From NCBI GenBank assembly GCA_051294375.1, contig CM119265.1, forward strand, positions 23,026,099 through 23,090,098: DNA of 64,000 bases. The letters run 5' to 3'. Below, in pieces: positions 49,301 to 62,861 of this stretch; the stretch's first letter is position 1, and every line of letters begins with the position of its first letter. The notes beneath the pieces are model-generated. The model did not search any database. It worked only from the letters and a program-made list of their open reading frames with translations, and was not told where the DNA came from. The stretch comes from Paraspadella gotoi (lineage: Eukaryota; Animalia; Chaetognatha). The position numbers and the translations under genes are program-made.

Positions 49301-52300
49301 CCTCCCAAATTTCAGAAATCTTCGCGATAAGAAACAAAAGAGCAAAAGGTTGAAATCCTTTCAATTTTCCTTCTACTACAACTTCACTCGGAGTCTCGAT
49401 CCGGTCGAGGAGAAATGAATAATTTGAAAGAGAACGCAATTTTGTCGAAGGACTCAATGCTTGGTATGAGTATCTCTCGAAGAGGTTGAGAGAACAGAGA
49501 GAGTAGGGTGTATGAAATCTGGTGTTAAGAGGAAAAGTGTGATCTAATTGGGGTTTTGGGAGTTCAGGAGTAAAAGGTAGGTATTAAGGGGAAGTGAGGA
49601 CTGGGAAGGGTTTTTCAATGACATGCGAGGTGAAAAATAAGGGCAAACGTAAAAACTATGGCGACCTAATCTTCTTTGTTGTTCTGCAGATCGAAACGTG
49701 TCGAATTAATTCTAGCTCTAAATCGTGCTGATAGCCTCGTACCCGTTGTAAAGTTATATTTGCAGCAGCGAGCTGTCTTTACTTTTATATTCTTAGAAAA
49801 CATTTGTCATAACTCTAACTATGATAATCAATAAATAGTATGTACGGAAGAGTATGATATATTAGTTAGAGAATCATCGTAGATGAACATAATAATGTAC
49901 TTTTTTCTGCTTAGCCACGAACGCTTGAGTATATATAACTAAAGAAAAACAAATTTGTTCGCTGAGACGGCGTCCAGTTCGCTCTAAATCTTTTTTCGTT
50001 TCTGTAATATATCACTTTTTGTTTCATCTTTTCTCTCATTAATTATGGAAAAGTATTTTACATCAATTGTTTCTACTTTAAAAGAGAGGAAGGGCAAGGG
50101 CCAGACATCACATGTATATCATTCTCTCTGCGGTGCTTCTTCTCACCCTCCTCTCTCTGCGTCCGCATTCAGAATGTTTGATCTGTCTTTCTTTCTCTCG
50201 CTCTCTCTCTCTGGCTCTCTAAAGAAAAAACAACATTGTACATGTTTATAATGAAACATATTACTCATTCGATTCAATTAGCTTTCCCTCTCACCCCATA
50301 AATGCCGTTTCAATGTCATGTGGTATTGTTCACCTTATCCTTTTATTTCGCATTACACTTTCTTCGCTTTCTCTAGTTCTATCTGGCTCGCATCCTGCCG
50401 ACACAATTTTCATGGAACATCGCTTCATCCAAAAAAAAAGGAAAAAAAAAGAAATATTGTGAATTTTTTTAGAAAAGATTTAACGTGAACAGATCTTCGT
50501 GAGATGGAAACCCAGATGGACGGATGTGAGATTCCGACAGACGCTGTGACGATGAAAAAAATACAGCTGAAGACTCGAGCCGAGCGTGGGGGCGGCACGG
50601 GAGGGGAGGGGTACTGGTCGAATTGAATCACGAGGTCGCAGGAGAGAGGGGGTGGCGTGAAGCTCGGTAAGGAGTGAAGCGCACGTTGAGAGGAGGGGAC
50701 GGAGAGACATTGGGGAGGAGTGGATTCCGCTGATGATGAATGTCATGATGCTGGTCCGGAGAAGCCGGAAAAAAAGGCGAGGGCTAAAAAGTGCTCCGTG
50801 ATCGATGAGCGAAGGGTGAAATGAGTTTGACAGTGTGTGTGTGTGAAGAGAGAGAGAGAGGGAGAGGGAGAGAAAGAGAAAAGAGAGGGGAAAATGTGAT
50901 GTTGTGTGGTATGGTATGGCAGCTGTAAATGCAGTTGTTTTTCGAGTAAAAGATAAAACATGTGAAAGAAAGAAAAAAAGAACAGAATCAAAGCTTCTCA
51001 ATTGAGAATTAGTCGACTCACATAAAGGAGATCGATGGATTAATTGAAAGATAAAAGTGTTTTTACAGAATATTTTTTAAAGATCTTTTTAAAAGCAGAG
51101 AACGATGCGTGACGTAAATTCGAGTTTAATGAACCATAATGTACGAATAATCGTCGGCCATTTATGATCTTCTGTCACACTGCTTTCCGTACATTTTTTC
51201 TGCTCTCTCTCTCCTGCGTCTCTCTCTCTCTCTCTTCTCGTCCTCTGACTCGGTCGCTGCTCTACTGCTTCTTAGCTCTCGTTAAAGAAGGCTCATACTC
51301 GCCTATCTGTCGGCTTGCTCTATGTTAAGGTTCGACTCTGCAGGTACTAAACGCTCTTCACGCTCTCAAATCTCTAAGTCACGACTGCTAGGCTGGCAGC
51401 CGTTTCCCAGGAAAGCTCTTAATAAGAACCTATAGAAGAACTTCAGTCGGAAATACGGACTCTCGGTCTCACTGTATAATCAATATTAATCAGAAAGTCC
51501 GTGCGTCACTTCGGCGGTGAGAGAGAGAGGAGAGGAGGAGGAGGGGAGAGGCATTTTCACAAGCACGGAAAAAACAGAAAACAAAAATCATTCTAAAAAA
51601 AAAGGCGGGGCGAGACCGCAGAGTTCAACAACGAAACTTATAAGAAAACAAAACTTAGCCGAGAGCAGAATCGGGCGGCAAACACACAACTCTTTTGTAA
51701 GTTCTACACGGAATGTGCTAAGTTCTTTGCGGCGAATATCGTCCGCAAGCGGCTATTTGTCATCGAATAGCGAATTTGAACCTCAACTTTTTCAATAGTC
51801 TTACGAACACCTAATTTGCCTCCTTTGCTATGTAAGCAGAAGAAGAGAGAGAGAGTATTTGTAGTTAAGTAGAGTAGAAAGAAAGAGATAAGTAGAGAGA
51901 GAGATCCTTTAACGCCTCTCTCCGTTTTCTACATTCCTTCCATCGTTCTTCTTCTTTTTCCTTCTCTTTTCTTTCTTTCCTCTTTCTTCCTCTTCTTTCT
52001 TCTCTAAGCCTCAGAACAAGATTCAATATCCCAGTTACTCCGACTCACGTTGTTTAATTTTTTCCTTATTTGGATAAAAGATGTTTTTTCCGTATACCAT
52101 TTTTCATTCTTTCCGACTCGTCTACTTGTTCGCTACGCGTCTACTCTCTCTCTCTACTCTGTTTTTTTGTTTCCTTCTCGTACTTCTCTCTTCTTCTCTC
52201 TCTCTCGCTCCTTTCTTTCTTTGCTGTTCTTTCTTTTCTTTGCTTTGGGCTTTCTTTCTTTCTATTTTTTCTTTGCTTTCTTTCTATTTTTTCCTTTCAT

Positions 52301-53128
52301 TTTTTCATATTGTTGGTTGTTGCAATACTGCAGCCTCTGTCTCTCTCATCTCTCGTCTCTCTCTCTCTTCTCTCTGCTCTCGTCTCCTCTCTCCTCTCTC
52401 TCTCTCGTCCTCTTCTCTCTCTTTCATCGTTCCAGGAGGGGCTTTATGAGGCATACGCCATGTCCGATTTTCCAGCCCGAGGAGAAGACAATTGACTTAA
52501 TGATCTAATTCAGAGCTGCTTATTGCAACTCAATTGAGAGAAAAAAAAAAGAAAGAGAGAAAGAGAATAAAAAAGGATTAGAGAGGATGGGATAAAAATA
52601 GAGAGGATGATAGAATAGAGAGGAGGGGAGAGAGGATGGAGAGATAGTAGTTAAGATAATGGCGCGTAATCACACAAAAAAAACAAAAACAAACAAACAG
52701 CTTTAAAAACTTAATGAAGTTTAGTGCCGAGATTTTCTTTTTGATATGCACGAGTTATAAAGCGGAGCTTTAGGCGTGCAGGCAAAAATGCGAATCTAAT
52801 CAGGTGCGACGAGCGCTAATTTTTTGTTTATTCAACGATTAATTCGTATGAGGTCGATAACAGTCAAATTATTACTGTATGGCAAATTATAGAATTTTTG
52901 TAGGGGCGTTTAAAGCCGGAAAATAATTTGAGAAAGGCTTTTTAGAGAATTTGCAATTTATTTTATTATTTTATTTTTTTTTTTTACAATAAAATATCAG
53001 TCTTTTATACAACAAGCAATATAACGGCTGTGTCGTTTCACGAAACATTTATAGTTATCGTTCGGTTATTTTTAAAGCTTTGAATGCCGTTTTACACTGA
53101 AAATCTTCAATTGTGTCACCTCTCACAG

Positions 53129-53303
53129 TTAATAAAACATCAACGAAATAAGAAAAGAATCCGGCCTAATGTTCAAAAGGCGCTGGCAACCTTTTCTGCA
53201 AAGACGAAAAAAGCAATAGCAGAAAAGGCGTCGGATCTAAACATCGCAAATACCGGAATGAAAATAAAAAAAACATCACAGCGGATGTGGGAGCCCGCGC
53301 CAG
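53129..53303 (+). CDS. Probable internal exon (IRPNVQKALATFSAKTKKAIAEKASDLN...), product unknown
   Basis: CTCTCACAG acceptor, open frame and GTAAAG donor followed by (GA)n. Confidence 0.4.
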
Positions 53304-53943
53304 TAAAGGCGAGAGAGAGAGAGAGAGACGATGAGAGAGGAGAGAGAGAGGAGAGAGGAGAAGAGAGATGAGTCTCGGGTGTTTTTCTCGGCTGAAAATT
53401 TGTTCGATAAACATCGACGGAAGAATAACGATCTCGGGGCGACTTCATTTTGTTGGCGGCGCTGCGGCGCACATGCAACTGGCCGGTGCGGGTAGAGTGC
53501 CCGGACTGCTGCGTGCGGAGTGTGCAGGCGCGAGGTAAGGGAGCGTTTTTGGCTGTGACGCGCAACAGTCGCGCCCCGGGAGTTTCTGCTAAGCCGGCGA
53601 TGGCACTCAAATGTGTAGTAGGGCATAGCGTACGGTAATTGGTGGCGGAGGCGGAACGCGACGTTGCGGTCGGCGTCGGCGTCGGCAAGGCGCAGGGGCG
53701 ACTGAAGGGCGTTGTCTGCAGGCGGCTGTGGGGACTGCAACTGCGGCGTGAAGCGGCCTGGGCGGCGGCGCTTAACTTGCGGTTTATGGTTCGGGGAATC
53801 CCAGGTAATTAGAATTCGAGTTTGTGGTGCACTTTTTTTTTTTTTTTTTTTTTTTGGCACAGAGAGGCGTCATCTGAAGGAGAGAGAGGCCGCAGGCAAG
53901 GGGTTCGAGGGTCGGGCGTTGTTTTGACGGAATAGTTCGCTTT

Positions 53944-54063
53944 GGCGGGCTATTCTGTGCGGCGCAATTCTGTGCGGGGAATTCTGTGGCGGTGCAATTC
54001 TGTCTTGTGGCGTGGGCAGATTCTGTGCGGGCAAATCCTCGGCGGGCAATTCTTGGGCGAATC
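53944..54063 (+). repeat. Degenerate 14-15-bp tandem repeat (AATTCTGTGCGGGC), about 8 copies
   Basis: ATTCTGTG(C)GG units recur. Confidence 0.75.
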
Positions 54064-55499
54064 TTTAACGATTGTCGGTTCGATTAATGGTGATATGAAT
54101 TTCGAAAATAAAACTTTATTTAGTTTTGTATATTTTATATTATATTAGGTGAAGTAAATATATATGAGTCTGGTACATAAACAATATATTTTAGGGAGGG
54201 CTTTCCAACGTAGAACAGTAGTTTGTAAATAGTAGGTAAATATATGTTGATTTAAAAAGGTTTAGTAATTTCTTTGAATAGTATTCTAGGATATTTTTGA
54301 TGTCTCGCTGCTAGACATGGATGTCAGCGATCGTAAACTGTAAACATCGGGAAGAGCGATCAACAATGAGAAAAGGAAAGACGCCAAAGAGGAGAGAGAA
54401 ATTCAGAGAAAGGGAAGAGAATGAAGGAAAGAGTCAGCAAACATAATATGGAACCAAAAGCAGATTCGGAAAATATTTGAATCCGTCTGCATGGTGGCAA
54501 AGGAATATCCAAAACAAGATCTGAAGCGACGACGACGACAGACGACGACGACAGTGACGAACGAGCGACGACAAAGAAGTCGGTCGAGGAAAAAGAAACA
54601 AACAATTAGGTGCGAACGAAAAGATAAGGAGGAAAAATGAAAGAATCTCTGAGGAAAGAAAAAAGAAATAGAGAAAAAAAAGGAATATCAAGAAAGAAGA
54701 TTGAATTAGAGAAAGAAAAAGGTAGAATATTGGAAGGATACAATGAGCCGAGAAAAAAAAGAAAAAGAAAGAAAGAAAAAAAGAAAAAGAAGAAGAAAAG
54801 AAAAGAAAAGTAAAGAAAAGAAAAGAAAAGAAAAGAAAAGAAGAAAAGAATAAAGAAAAAATAGAAAGAAGAAAACTCACGCGAGTAGCGCGATAGTAGC
54901 GAAATTCGTGAAGTGGAACGAGCCTGGCTGACAGATGGGGCAAGAAAAGAGTATGGGGGGAAGAGGAAAAGAGAAAAGAAGGAGGGGAGGAAAGAAAAGA
55001 AAATAAAGGAGGAAAGTGAAAGGTAAAAAGGAAAACTAAAGAGACATAGGAGGACAGAAAGTAAAAGGGATGAAATAAACGGAGGAATGGAGGAAAGGAA
55101 GAAAGTAAACAAGACAAAAGGAGGAATGAAAGGAAAAGGAAGAATGAATGATAAACAATGATAAACTCGGTTCCGTTGCAATTAAAGGCTAATGCTCAAA
55201 AACGCATCAAACGAATTCAAGAAATACATACGATACTTGGATGAACAGGTTCCGAAGACTCTACGGTGTCGCGGGGAAGAACGACTAATAGGAAACATGC
55301 AAAAATCACATGTGGGACGATTGGGCGAGGTGTAGGGAGAGTCCCGAACAAACTGTGCTGAGGATTGGAGGAGGAAAACGAAAAAAAAAAGAAAGCAGCC
55401 GGCCAACGAGTTATTATTCTTACTCGACGAGTTTGGTTGACTGGAAGACGTCGGACAAAAGTGGAGAGAATGAAGGAAAGAAGGAAAAGGCGCTGAAGG

Positions 55500-56110
55500 G
55501 AGGTTAATAGAAGGCGGGACATTTGGAGAGAAAAGTATAGAAGGGAAAGGGAAAAGGAGATGGGAAGGAAAATGGGAAGTGATGGAAAGAATGAGCGGGA
55601 AGAGAAAAAGGAAAAGGAAAGTATAAAAGGAGAGGAAAGGGACAGGAGAGGAGGAAAAAGAAAGGGGAGGAAAAGTTGATTGATGAAAGAATGAAGGAAA
55701 GAAAGGAAAAGGAAAATGGCAGAGGAAAGGGAAAGGAGAGGGAAAGAAAAAGGGAAGAAAGAAAAGAAAGGAAATGAAAAAAGAGAGGGGAGGAAAAGGG
55801 GATAATGGAAGAAGGGTGAGGAAAGGAATGGAAATGGAAAAGGGAAGGAAAGCGGAAAGGAAAGGAAAGGAAATAAAAGGAAAGGGAAAGGAAAGAAAGA
55901 GGAAATGGGGGAAAAAGGGGGGAAAGGAAAGGAAAGGAAATTGAAATTGAAAGGAAAGAAAGGAAAGGAAAGAAAAGAGGAGGAAAAAGGGTGATGGAAG
56001 AATGAGGGAAAGGCAAAAGGAAAGAAAAGTAAAGGAGAGGAGAGGAGAGCAAAGAAAGGAAAGGGAAAGAAAGGAAAGGGAAAGAAAAGAAAAGAAAAAA
56101 AGAAAAAAAA
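55500..56110 (+). repeat. Polypurine (GA-rich) low-complexity tract; polypyrimidine tract at about 45330-46200
   Basis: Almost exclusively A/G. It produces the F/L/S/P pseudo-ORFs. Confidence 0.9.
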
Positions 56111-58519
56111 GTAATTTTCGATTTCTTCGGAAGAAATCTTGTGGCGCCGGTCTGCGGCGGCGTCGGGCGTCAGGCGGACTGCTGGGCGGACTGCGCTTGG
56201 CGGCGTGCAGCGGGCGACTGCGGCTTCGGCTTGCGGCGTCAGCGGCTGGCGGCGACTGAGGGCCTCGGCCGCGGTTTGCGGCGGGCGCGCAACTCGAATC
56301 GGACGGGCGTCTGCGATTTGGAAAGTTCCTGGGCGTGCGTCCAAAATCCGTTGCCATAGCAAAGATTGCTTGAGCAAATCAAAAGGCGTTTGTGGTTTTT
56401 GGGGAGAGGATGCTCTTCAATTAAATATGGAGAGTTTCTGTTCCGTGGAACCTTTTGAGGTAGCGCGTGGGGCATTCGGAGGGCTTAGAGATATTGAGGT
56501 AACGTCTGTAGAATTTGTGGGTAAGAGATAAAATGCGGCGTTCTCTCCGGAAAAAATAATGGTGGGGGGCGAAAATAAGTGTCGCAATGCTGAGAGGTTG
56601 GAGAAGCAGTGTTTAAAAAAATACATTTTGCGGGGCAATAAGTGAAAACTAAGATACTTGTTATTAATAAAAGCGTCAGGGTTACGCGACAAAGTCTGAG
56701 AAAACAAGAAGGCGATTGTGAGTGCATTGTCATGTGTCATTGTTGTGCATTGTCATTGTTGTCATTGCATCGGTTTCAGTTGTCGATGTCCGGCCGGTAC
56801 TCGAAGACAGAGTGGGCAGCGTTCTGTCATTTGCAGGTTGGGTTGTGTCTGAGGAGAAAAGTCTGGAGAAGTACATAGAGACTCTCATGATTAAAGCGAG
56901 AGAGAGAGAGAGAGATAGTCAGAGAGGAGAGAGAGAGAGATGAGAGAGAGAAGAGAGAGGAGAGAGAGAAGAGAGGAGAGAGAGAGAGAGTGGGAGCGGT
57001 GGTAGAATTAGCGGCCTGATCGAAACACGAACTGGCTGCAGCGGATTGGAGAGAGAGGGAGAAGAGGAGTAGAGGAGAGATCGAGAGAGAGAGAGAGAGA
57101 TGATCGAGAGATAGACGAGAGAGAGAGAGAGAGGTGAGAGAGGAGAGGAGAAGGAGAGAGATGAGGAGAGAAGAGTGATTGAGACGTGGAAGAGATGGCG
57201 TGAGAGAAGAGAGGAGGTGTCGAGAGAGAGAGCGTACATTTTGCTGTGTCTTTCAGGTCCTGCGAAACATGGCACACGAAAGCGAGAAAGATAATTCAGC
57301 GCGCTGTTTATTTCAAGTTTAAGGGGCTTCTTGAGTACTGGTTAGACCAGTCGTCAACTTTAGAATATATTTGGACGCACTAGTTGACTTAGGATATGCT
57401 TTGGCTTTGACATGGAGCGACAGTGACTGTTATCCGGTAAAAGTTAATGTGAGAAATAAGTTACTATATTGAAGAGAAAAGTTCAAAATAATGACATAAT
57501 GGAAATAAAATTTGGAATGAAGTTCTAAAACCTTTGAAGATAACAACAAGCCAAGAGCGAAACACTTTTTTAGTTTTAGTAAAAAAAACGGACGCGAAAA
57601 AGATTTAAAAAAAACAAACATGGCCGCCCGATCGTGAGATTGACCGTCTTATCGTTGTTTCTTTTCGTTTTGCGTACTTCGAATGGACTCTCTGGCCGTC
57701 CGCTTCACGGAGCCTTCTCACCTGCTCACTGGCCTTCCATTAACCCTTCGCGAGTTGTCACCAGATTGGGATTCCTCTTTTTTTCTTTCTTTTTTCTTTT
57801 TAAAAAATTGTTGCCTTTTTTTTTGGGGGGGGGGTGGTATTCGGTTTAAAATCTGGCTTTGGGTCGCGTGGAGCAAATTAATGACCAAAGCAAAGCCGGG
57901 GAAAAAAAAGAATGAAATAAAACGAAGATTCTTTTTTCTTTTCTTCGGGCTATTTGTTTTTTCTAATTTTTTTTCTCTCTCGTAAGCCGGCCTTAAGTTC
58001 GGAAATTCCTCATTAAGTCGCGAGAGAAATTCGTTTGAAGAAAGAAAATGATATTTATCTTTTCGCAAAAGTATCAATTTTCTTTCTTTTCTTTTCTTGC
58101 GATCTTAATGTTGCATCATAATCTAAATTAATATAATTTAATCTTAACCTTAATCTTTTTTTAATATTTAATCTTGATTTTTTTTTTGAAAAACCTTTTG
58201 GTCTGTGAATCTAATTTTGTTCTTTTTGATATTTTGGTTGTTTTTTTTTGTCTCCTAGTGTAATAGCCGGACTTACTTTCGCGCAATTTCCAATCTTTAA
58301 TAAGTATGAAATATTTTCTATTTTTCTTTAATGCACTTTTGTTCCGCGTGTTATTTCATTTTTGCATTGGCTGAAAGCTTTTCATTTTTCCCGGATAATT
58401 AATAATAACGCTTTTTAAAGCAGCAGCCTCATGGTGTGCACCTTAATGATTGAGCAATCAAACGATTTCTTATTGCCTGACAACTTAATATCTGATAGTC
58501 GTTTTATTGTCAAACTGAC

Positions 58520-58705
58520 TATGATTGGCCTTGCAAAGAGGAAACTCTGATTGGTGCGTCAACGGAATTCTGATTGGCTGTGTCGAAATCTCGCGAGCTT
58601 TTGAGCGATTCGAAACGAATTTTCGTTCGCAAAAGAAAATTGCTTAGCGGCTTTCTTCGCTTTTTTATCGTCGACGAAAAATTTCCTTCCATCTCATTTG
58701 CATAT
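58520..58705. promoter_or_regulatory. Promoter-like cluster: three reverse CCAAT boxes, TCTCGCGAG and an octamer
   Basis: TGATTGG with ATTGG at 58524, 58550 and 58573; TCTCGCGAG at 58589-97; ATTTGCAT at 58696-703. Confidence 0.5.
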
Positions 58706-59039
58706 CGCGGTTTGAGACAAAAAACGATTTTTAGGAAATGTTGTGCTTTGTGAAAAACGAGATCGCATTCTCGTCTTCTCTCTCTCTCTTTCTGCTCTCT
58801 CTCTCTCTCTCTACTCTCTCATCTCTCCTCTCTCTCTCTATCCTGCTGCTCTCTCTTCTGTGTGTGTCTCTGTGCTCTGTCTGCTCTCTCTCTCTCTCTC
58901 ACTCTCTCTCTCTCTGTCTCTCTCTCTTCTCTCTGCTCTCTCTCTCGGTCCTCTGCTCTCTCTCTCATCTTCTCTGTGTGTCTCTGTCTCTGTCTCTGTC
59001 TCTGTCTCTTCTCCTAGCTCTCTCTCTCTCTCTGATCTC

Positions 59040-59189
59040 CTTCAGTCTCTCTCTGCTCTGCTCAACACTGCTTTTTGCTTGGGTCGTCGTGTCGTAAGGG
59101 TTTGATCGTTTTGTGCCGCTGTCTTCAGCTGTCTTTCGCTCTTCTTCTGCTTCGATCTTTCGTATTTTTCTTTCCTTTTTGGCGGCCAT
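59040..59189 (-). CDS. Probable first exon (MAAKKERKIRKIEAEEERK...)
   Basis: ATG lies in an AAGATGGCCGCC context (YY1-like start) with an open charged frame. The 3' boundary is uncertain. Confidence 0.4.
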
Positions 59190-60462
59190 CTTTCGCGGAT
59201 CTTTAAAATTTTTCTCTTTATATTGTGCTTTCTTTAACTATCTTTCGTGCGATTTTTTTGCGTCTTTCTCTCTTTATTTATTTTCTTCTTTCGATGCTTT
59301 TTTCTTTATTTTCACTCTCTAAATTTTTTCTTTTCATTCGTTTTTCCCGCTGATTTGTCGGCGCTGTTTTACTTTCGTTTTTTTATGTATCGTCTTTCGA
59401 TCTTTGGAACTGCGCCGACTGGTGCCTCTCGATATCGTTTAGGCGCTCCTCCTTCCTTCTATCGTTGCTTCTGCTCGGAGCCGGTTTTCGGGAATTCACG
59501 TGTCCTTTTTTTGGTTTATTAGTGGCCACGACGTGGGAGGGCGTTTGTTTCGTTTGGTGGAGGAAGGGAAGCAAGAGAAGAAAAGAAATAGAAAAGAAAA
59601 GAAAAGAAAAAAGACAAAGAAAGAGAAAAGAAGAGTAGAGAAATACTTTGTTGTTCATGGAGCAAATCAGTAGTGAGATACATTTGTTGGCTAACAAAGA
59701 GAAGACAAAGAAAGCAGAAAAATTTGATCTTTCAATCCAATTTGCATAAAAGCAGGCTGGGAAATATTTGTTATTGATCTTGTAAAACCTAGAATTAACC
59801 TCATATTTGTTTTGATCATAAAAACGTTTGATGACAAATATTAACCGATTCTCTGTCAATCAGCACTTAGTGTAGCGACGTCATATTTGGCAAAGAACGA
59901 AATTCCCCCATTGACACAAAATCTTGTCTTTATTCGTTAAGTTGGATTTTGCCTGAGGGCGGCGGCAAGGCAGTCACTTAGACTCTGAGGTTTTTATCTG
60001 TCTTCACAAAATGGAGCAAAAAAGCTATCGGGCGAATTATGGTGAATTTTTAACTTAAGTGAGTAGCAGTACGTGTCCACGGACCAGACATAAGCAGACA
60101 ATGACCGACCTGACTAGACGAGGCAACGCGCGGCGGAAAGAGTGACTTATAGAGTTTCATGATAAATTTGTCGATTTTACTTCAGGAGAAGAAAATGATC
60201 TGCTCCTATGTTGTTGTGATTATAATTATATTAGACATTGACGAAGTTGAGATAGGGATTCAGTGTTATTTTCGTTATTTTATTTGTAAATTATAGAGGC
60301 ATTCATTTAGTCTAGTGAGTTAGTTTTTTTTTATCATTTGTTTACTTAGATTCAGGGCATTTAAAAAAAAGATCATTGATGAATTTTACAATCTTCTCTA
60401 TTTAACGCATCTTTCTAACCTATCTATCCTTCTCTCGACCTTTCTTTCTCATCGCAGCCAAA

Positions 60463-60549
60463 ATGACAAGAGGATCTTCTGGCGGCCTTCGGCCTGGTTT
60501 TTCTGGCGTCGTTGATCCTTTTCGCCGTCGAGGGAAGCGCGCGGGAGAG
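60463..60549 (+). CDS. Probable first exon encoding a signal peptide (..LLAAFGLVFLASLILFAVEGSARE)
   Basis: ATG at 60463 needs one indel to reach the hydrophobic frame. GTGAGA donor at 60550. Confidence 0.4.
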
Positions 60550-61764
60550 GTGAGAGAGAGAGAGAGAGAGTAGAGAGAGTAGAGAGTAGAGGGAGAGAGG
60601 ATGAGAGAGTAAGAGAGAGAGAAGGGAGGGAGGCGGAGAGAAGGAAGAATCGTGCAGAAAAAAGATCTAACTAATCTAGTGCTAAACTTGGTGGTCAAAC
60701 ATGGAATAGAAATTAAGGAGAGGCGATGAGAGAGCAGAGAGAGAGAGAGAGAGAGAGACGAGAGAGAGAGAGAGTAGAGAGAGAGAGAGAGAGGGAGAGA
60801 GAGAGTTGAGTGATACCTAAGGGGGAAGAGAGTAATTCAGTGGCAGAAATTGTGAGAATAAAATAAATAAATAAATAAAAAAGACGAACGAAAACGATAA
60901 CAAAGGAACTTTGGAAGAACGACTCAATAAAAATAAAAATATAAACAAACCGAAAGAAATGGAAAAAAGAGAAAATAAAGGAAAAAATAAATGAAGGAGG
61001 GCTGGAGTGGAGAGGAAGTTTGACGAGGAACGCCGCGAGGAAAATAAATAAAGCGAGACGTCACGTAGACGAATGTTTGGGGGTTTGGGGAGCGGAGGTG
61101 GGGGTCGAAGGGAAGGTGGTTTTAGGTTTTCGGATAGTTGGGGGGAAGGGAGTATAGTTTTGTTGGGGGAAAGTAAGAGATGGAGGTTTGCGTACAAAGG
61201 TTATGATCGCCTGTGGGGATAGAAAGAAAAGCACGCTGAGGGATGGCTACTTAAAAATGGACGAGGTAAGCGTGGTTGGTGGAGGTAGGGGTAGGGGTGG
61301 GCGTGAAGGTTCAGTGGTTATGGTCTGAGAATAGTGGCCTGCGTCTTTGTTGTCAACAAACGCGTTTCCCGATAAGTATTGCCACTTCTTTTTTTTTTTC
61401 GTTTCGAACTTCCCGCCGCCAAATACTGGTTTTCCATTTTCATCGACAGAGGTCGCGACGCGACTCCCGCAAAAAATCGACAACCCGGGGAGACAAAATA
61501 GCATTCGAGGGAAAAAAATTTGAAAAAGAAATTGAAAAAAAATCAAATCGACAAAAAATGTTTGTGAAAAGTATAAAAAAAAAAAGCAGCAGCTCTTTAT
61601 TCGAAAATAACATTGTATTTATTTTAATTTCAATCGGGAATAAGTAGATTATTTTGAATATTTTTAGTTTTATTTTAAAAGATTCGGACTAATTCTGGAG
61701 ACGATGAAAAACTCGCGGACAGGAAATTTTCCGGAACAAAGAATCTCATCGATTATTAAGGATT

Positions 61765-61870
61765 AATCGAGCGACGGCGACGACAAGGACGACGACGACG
61801 ACGACGCCAATGACGACTATTCCAACCTTTCCCAAGACCCATTGTTCCATCAGCGTCAAATCGAGAAAAG
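61765..61870 (+). CDS. Exon fragment (SSDGDDKDDDDDDANDDYSNLSQDPLFHQRQIEK)
   Basis: Open acidic frame ending at the GTATGG donor at 61871. The acceptor is uncertain. Confidence 0.35.
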
Positions 61871-62861
61871 GTATGGCGAGATTTATAGTCTAATCGGAAG
61901 ATGGCGCTCGCGTCGACGACAATGAGACGCCAACGTCGTCACTTCCGGTCTTTTCCTTTCCTCCATTTCATTCTCTTCTTCTTCTTCTTCCTCCCCCTCC
62001 TCCTCCTCCTCCTCCTCCTCCTCCTTTCCCCCGAAGATTACCTACGTTCTGACGTCTCCGTGATGATGTCATTGTCTTTATCACAAAGTCTCACATTGGC
62101 TCACGTCATCTCGCGGCATCTCACATCATCTCACGGTCGTCTCACCCAATTCCCCAATCATCGTGACCGTTTATCACATTTACGTCTCCAATTTGAATCT
62201 TTTTTTTTTCACTTTGAAAAATCGTTTCATTATAGAGTTTTCCTATTTAAAGTCTTTAGACTTAAGACATTGTTTCTTTGCCCCTTCCTGGTTTTTGTTT
62301 TTTCGCTGCCATCTTTTTTAAGCGTTGGTTTCCGCTTCCAGATGATTGCTTCTTCTCTTTCGCTTTCTAATTACTTATTCCTTTACTCAGTACTCGTCCC
62401 ATTTTTTTTTCAAAACGCTTTTTCAGTTCTCCTTTTACAATCACAAGTTATTTTTCTCCAAATTCCTTTTCCTATCACGAATTCCCTTTTCATTCTTCAA
62501 TCATCTTTTCCAATCACCAAATATTTTTTCATTTTCATTTTCATTTTATTTTCATTTTAATTTTCATCACTAATTTCTCCTTTCTTCTTCTTTTCAATCA
62601 ATCATTCCTTTCAAAACTCATAACTAATCACTAATTCTTGTACCAATCAAATTTCCGATCGCTACTTATATAATTCCTACCAATCTGTAATTCATTCTCC
62701 AATCACATTTTCAATCACTAACATCTTTTACAATATCCTTTTCAATCTCGAATTCTTTCATAATCCTTATACAAAACTTCTTTCCAGTCGCCAATCAGTT
62801 TTCCGAACCCAAATTCCTTATTCAATCATCCCGATTCTCCTCCTTTTCTCATTTCTTCCTT

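Larger units (their letters stand above)
39690..50464. repeat. ~4-kb-arm inverted duplication (about 39690-43945 vs 46190-50464)
   Basis: Colinear reverse-complement anchors: 43690-43860/46200-46390, 42340-43320/46960-48280, 40200-40640/49260-49900 and 39690-39890/50220-50464. The right arm is rich in insertions. Confidence 0.9.
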
